Assembly (NCBI GenBank): GCA_038279365.1
Contig: JAYODI010000044.1
Location: 1 to 30,099 of the forward strand
Source of the DNA: Candidatus Latescibacterota bacterium
Lineage (GTDB): Bacteria; Latescibacterota; UBA2968
Direction of reading: 5' to 3'
DNA length: 30,099 bases
The notes under the pieces are model-generated. The model saw nothing but the letters and a program-made list of their open reading frames with translations, did not search any database and had not been told where the DNA came from. Made by a program: the position numbers and the translations under genes. Shown piece by piece: positions 26,178 to 30,099 of the stretch; positions within the stretch are counted from its first letter, which is position 1, and each line of letters starts with the position of its first letter.

Positions 26178-26553
26178 GGACAAACTCCCACAGGGAAAAA
26201 ATGAGCAACACAATGAATCATTTGTGAAGTATGCTGTATTGAATATAGTCAGAAAATGGGAACGCAACATTCACGTGGGGAACGTGAACAAAACCAGATA
26301 GACTGGTCGGGTGCAAAGAGAGGGGGATGCACCATTGATGTTGATGAATAATCTAAAACGCTTATACAGAAAAATCAAGCGACAGAATGACAGGTCGCCA
26401 ACGTGTGAATTAACCAGCAGTTCCGACACATCCCATCAAAAGACTGCCACTATTGTTCTTGCAATATGATGGCCCAAAATTGATGTTTACAAAAAACAAA
26501 ATTACTCAGCATCGCCTTAAAACAACAAAATCTGCCCGATAAAGATAAACCCA

Positions 26554-28218
26554 TTACGACAACCCTATCTTTTTACCAATTTCTTCTAAAATATTGTGTA
26601 ATTCTTCAATCACAATAGGTTTAGAAATATAAGCATCCATGCCCGCTTGCAAACACCGTTGCCGATCTTCCGTCATTGCATGGGCAGTTAATGCAACAAT
26701 AGGCATGTGTCGTCCTGTTCTACGCTCATCACGCCGAATGGCCAACGTGGTTTCCAAGCCATCCAATTCGGGCATTTGCACATCCATCAAGATCGCATCA
26801 AACGATTTAAGTAACAAAATGTCCAAAACTTTTTTGCCCGTATCTACAACCGTCACGACATGGCCTTCTTTTTCTAATAAACGCACAGCCAAACGCTGAT
26901 TAACCGGGTTGTCTTCGGCCAAAAGCAAATTCATAGACTGCGAGGTGAATGTTGCATTCTTTTTTCGACTTGGCAATGTGTCCTTGTGATATTTTTCAAG
27001 GGTCAGTGAAAAACGAAACGTGCTGCCTTTTCCTTCTACACTTTCGACACCAAGCGTCCCCCCCATCATTTCAACCAACCGAGACGTAATGGCCAACCCC
27101 AATCCCGTTCCGCCATATTGTCGTGTATGCGACGTATCGGCTTGAGAAAATGCCTCAAAAATGACCGCCTGTTTATCTTCGGGAATGCCAATGCCCGTAT
27201 CGGTCACAGACGTGATTATAACTACCGTGTTGCCCCCTTCACTCATTTGCTCAAACACCACATCCACTTGACCTGTTTCCGTAAATTTAATGGCATTGCC
27301 AACCAAGTTAAATAAGATCTGTTGTAAACGGGCAGGATCACCCACCAACAAGTCGGGCACATCATCGGCCATCTGGTGGCGCAGTTGTAGGCCTTTCTCT
27401 CGTGCGCGCAACCCCAGAGAGCTCAGTGTGCCACTAACCGCTTCTTGCAAGCTAAAAGGAATTTGCTCAATCTCCAGTTTACCCGCTTCAATTTTCGAAA
27501 AATCAAGCACATCATTCACCACACGCATCAGCAAATCGCCCGACGATTGGAGCAAATCAATATACTCTTGCTGCTCATCGCTTAGCACCGTGTGGCCAAG
27601 CAATTGGGCCATGCCCAACATGCCATTAATGGGCGTACGAATTTCATGGCTCATATTGGCCAAAAATTCACTTTTGGCGCGGTTAGCAGCTTGGGCATCT
27701 TCCAGTGCCAAACGCAAGGCTTCGGTGCGTTCAGCAACACGCCGCTCCAATTCATCGTGGGCTTGTTGCAAGGCATCAGATGCCTTTTTTTGTTCCGTAA
27801 TATCTTCAGAAAACCCCACAGATCGATAATGCACACCGTTCTCATCACGCAATCCCAATATCCGACTACGAATCCAGCGCAAATCACCATTGGGTCGCAT
27901 GATGCGATATTCAAAGGTCACTTGTTTTTTAGATTGCCCCAAGCTGGTGGCTATCTGCATCACCGTGCGTCGATCTGCTTTATAAATAGACTGAAACCAT
28001 GAAACGGGCGCCGCATAGAGCGACTCACGGGTGCGCCCCCAAATGGTTTCATATGCAGGGCTCACATACAAGAACTGTTGCAAATCTGGGCTGGCCATAA
28101 AAAATGCTTCGCCCATGTTATCGACAATTTGTCGAAAACGCAGCTCCATTTCTTCATCGCCCAAGTTCAAGGCTTTTGCCACGCGCAAGGCGTCGTCTAT
28201 GTTTTGTTTATCTGGCAT
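26554..28218 (-). CDS. Cytoplasmic hybrid sensor histidine kinase (PAS-HisKA-HATPase-REC)
   Basis: PAS/PAC ([11 protein letters not shown]...DITEQK), H-box [11 protein letters not shown]-box [11 protein letters not shown] boxes DTGIGI and GGTGLGL, receiver AEDN...MDVQMP...SKP. No TM segment seen. Confidence 0.93.
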   Translation of the reverse strand: MPDKQNIDDALRVAKALNLGDEEMELRFRQIVDNMGEAFFMASPDLQQFLYVSPAYETIWGRTRESLYAAPVSWFQSIYKADRRTVMQIATSLGQSKKQVTFEYRIMRPNGDLRWIRSRILGLRDENGVHYRSVGFSEDITEQKKASDALQQAHDELERRVAERTEALRLALEDAQAANRAKSEFLANMSHEIRTPINGMLGMAQLLGHTVLSDEQQEYIDLLQSSGDLLMRVVNDVLDFSKIEAGKLEIEQIPFSLQEAVSGTLSSLGLRAREKGLQLRHQMADDVPDLLVGDPARLQQILFNLVGNAIKFTETGQVDVVFEQMSEGGNTVVIITSVTDTGIGIPEDKQAVIFEAFSQADTSHTRQYGGTGLGLAITSRLVEMMGGTLGVESVEGKGSTFRFSLTLEKYHKDTLPSRKKNATFTSQSMNLLLAEDNPVNQRLAVRLLEKEGHVVTVVDTGKKVLDILLLKSFDAILMDVQMPELDGLETTLAIRRDERRTGRHMPIVALTAHAMTEDRQRCLQAGMDAYISKPIVIEELHNILEEIGKKIGLS

Positions 28219-28256
28219 AGTGAAAATGTAACCTGCGCACCCATAAAAGTCAAAAG

Positions 28257-28285
28257 TTGAAAAAAACAGACCAAACCCCTATATT
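28257..28285 (+). promoter_or_regulatory. Sigma70-type promoter for the DASS transporter
   Basis: TTGAAA-17 bp-TATATT. Confidence 0.55.
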
Positions 28286-28325
28286 GTCGCGCCACCAAAC
28301 ACACAACCCCATATGGGAGAAAAGC

Positions 28326-29846
28326 GTGCCTTCTAAACAACATACCCACTTTACCCTATCCAGCACAGGTCTTTGGCTCGGCCCGCTCTTGGCCTTTTTC
28401 ATGATCACCTTTTTTGACCTCAAACCTGGCGAACCCGCCGTAACCCGCACAGCGGCCATTGCCATTTGGATGGCCATTTGGTGGATCACGGAGGCCGTGC
28501 CATTGGCAGCCACCGCACTTTTGCCCGTTGCGCTCTTTCCGCTTTTGGGCATCATGGATGGCAAAAGTGTGGCCCCGCTATATTTTAACCACATCATTTT
28601 TCTCTTTATGGGAGGTTTTCTGGTTGCTTTGGCTATGCAACACTGGCAATTGCACAGGCGCATTGCCCTTCGCCTCTTGTTGCTTTTTGGCGGTTGTCCA
28701 CGCTGCACCCTCACTGGGTTTATGCTTGCCACTGCCTTTTTGTCTATGTGGATATCCAACACAGCCACCACCATGATGATGGTCCCCATCGCCTTGGCCA
28801 TTGTCCTTAAAGTCGAAGAACAATCTAACCAGCAAGACACCCAATTTGGTACCGGTGTTTTTTTAGGGGTGGCTTATGCGGCTTCTATTGGGGGGCTTTC
28901 AACTTTGGTTGGCACCCCCCCCAATCTGTCTTTTGCACGTATTCTCACCATTCATTTTCCCAATGCACCCGATATCTCTTTTGCCACGTGGTTTGCCTTT
29001 GCTTTTCCCCTGTCTGTGCTCCTGCTCATTGTTGCAGGCATCACCATCTGTTGGCTATATAACATCAAAGGGCGCGGTGAAAACCTCGACACCCAAATGG
29101 TGCATACCCAATATGCCCAATTAGGCCCCATGTCTTTTGCCGAAAAAATAGTACTGATCGACTTCGTCCTCCTCGCCTTCCTTTGGCTAACCCGCCAAAG
29201 CATTACCATAGGCAGCCATACCCTGCCGGGTTGGTCACAGCTATTTGACAATGGCGCTTGGATCAACGACGGCACAGTGGCCATCTTTATGGCTCTATTG
29301 CTTTTTGTCATCCCAGCCAATAACAAAAGCCGCGTGCTCGATTGGAAAATAGCCGCTCACCTACCCTGGCATATCATTTTGCTTTTTGGAGGCGGTTTTG
29401 CCTTGGCCAGTGGCTTCAAAGAATCAGGTCTGTCATTGTGGTGCGCACAACAACTTCAAGGCTTGGGCACCATCCACCCCCTCATTCTTGTTGCCGCCCT
29501 CTGTTTGCTCATGACCTTTCTCACAGAACTTACATCTAATACCGCAACAGCCGAAATGTTTTTACCCATTCTGGCCGCACTGTCTGTTGCCGTAGAAGTC
29601 AACCCACTCTTGCTTATGATACCAGCAACACTGTCTTGCTCTTGTGCCTTTATGCTACCCGTAGCCACCCCACCCAATGCCATAGTCTTTGGCACAGACC
29701 GCATCCAAATGCGCGACATGGCACGCACAGGCATCATTCTCAATCTTGTCGGTGTGGTCTTAGTTACCGCAACCACCTGGATATTGGGGCGCATCGTATT
29801 GGGCATCGACCTTGCCACCATGCCAGATTGGGCCGTGTTACATTAA
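28326..29846 (+). CDS. DASS/SLC13 family sodium-coupled di/tricarboxylate or sulfate symporter
   Basis: WWITEAVP, SMWISNTAT, GTPPN, TELTSNTAT and MLPVATPPNAI motifs. GTG 28326 with SD GGGAG is preferred over TTG 28257, which is the -35 box. Confidence 0.92.
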   Translation: MPSKQHTHFTLSSTGLWLGPLLAFFMITFFDLKPGEPAVTRTAAIAIWMAIWWITEAVPLAATALLPVALFPLLGIMDGKSVAPLYFNHIIFLFMGGFLVALAMQHWQLHRRIALRLLLLFGGCPRCTLTGFMLATAFLSMWISNTATTMMMVPIALAIVLKVEEQSNQQDTQFGTGVFLGVAYAASIGGLSTLVGTPPNLSFARILTIHFPNAPDISFATWFAFAFPLSVLLLIVAGITICWLYNIKGRGENLDTQMVHTQYAQLGPMSFAEKIVLIDFVLLAFLWLTRQSITIGSHTLPGWSQLFDNGAWINDGTVAIFMALLLFVIPANNKSRVLDWKIAAHLPWHIILLFGGGFALASGFKESGLSLWCAQQLQGLGTIHPLILVAALCLLMTFLTELTSNTATAEMFLPILAALSVAVEVNPLLLMIPATLSCSCAFMLPVATPPNAIVFGTDRIQMRDMARTGIILNLVGVVLVTATTWILGRIVLGIDLATMPDWAVLH

Positions 29847-29849
29847 AGG

Positions 29850-29886
29850 CAGTGAAATGGCAAATGTGAAACGGCAAATGTAAAAA
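29850..29886. repeat. 7-nt tandem repeats after the DASS stop
   Basis: GTGAAAT GGCAAAT GTGAAAC GGCAAAT GTAAAAA. 29850-29866 is the exact reverse complement of 12102-12118. Confidence 0.75.
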
Positions 29887-29953
29887 CCTTTAAAGCAAAA
29901 ACCCAACAGACCACACAATCAAATCACACGGTTGACTATGAATTTTGTATAAA

Positions 29954-30061
29954 TAATTCGGTAATAGATTTGATTCGTTTTTGATCTTTAGTCCGCAGGA
30001 CTTTTCTTCTCGTAGCACCGAAATTTATTCCGGTGCGGTTGATCGAGTGATTACCGAATTA
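29954..30061. repeat. REP-like/MITE-like element with 12-bp terminal inverted repeats
   Basis: TAATTCGGTAAT...ATTACCGAATTA enclosing the hairpins AGTCC-GCA-GGACT and GTAG-CACCG-AAATTTATTC-CGGTG. Confidence 0.5.
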
Positions 30062-30078
30062 ATTTTTCAATCTCTATC

Positions 30079-30099
30079 ATTTGCCGTTTGCCATTTGCC
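30079..30099. repeat. 7-nt tandem repeats, inverted relative to 29852-29886 and running off the window end
   Basis: ATTTGCC GTTTGCC ATTTGCC. Confidence 0.7.

Noticed and set aside
26178-26270. 31-residue N-terminal extension of DnaE
   Set aside because: SD GGGAG precedes ATG 26177, and the PHP motif starts immediately after it.
28257-28325. TTG start of the DASS transporter at 28257
   Set aside because: That TTG is part of a -35 box with a correctly spaced -10; GTG 28326 has an SD.

Overview
A bacterial chromosomal window of mostly housekeeping and metabolic genes, with 23 well-supported CDS and no rRNA, tRNA, CRISPR, integrase or transposase that I can see. Gene style loosely suggests an FCB-group (Latescibacterota-like) organism; this is inference only. 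Gene order: oligopeptide ABC ATPase, atypical APH/kinase-like protein, a 625-bp intergenic region, cupin, AIR-synthase-family protein, beta-propeller-like hypothetical, HAD hydrolase, a minus-strand Fe-ADH plus LarA-domain pair, fused ECF ATPase, pyrC, carA, secreted hypothetical, LytR_C protein, rsfS, mtnA, SPOR lipoprotein, MltD-like transglycosylase, mreD, mrdA, rodA, dnaE (-), PAS hybrid histidine kinase (-), and a DASS/SLC13 transporter. The best novel signal is a candidate ~180-nt minus-strand small RNA at about 2061-2242. It has a near-consensus sigma54 promoter (TGGCA...TTGCA), three different stems that all display CCCGAC in their loops, G.U pairs that work only on the minus strand, and a terminator U-run. 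A palindromic candidate enhancer site lies upstream. Other signals: a dispersed 7-nt repeat family (ATTTGCC/GTTTGCC/ATTTCAC) at gene boundaries, a REP-like element with 12-bp inverted ends near the window end, a palindrome and a pyrBI-like start region at the pyrC promoter, and mreD-mrdA-rodA preceded by SPOR/MltD genes instead of mreBC. Several start codons were moved downstream of the ORF-track starts using SD and promoter evidence.
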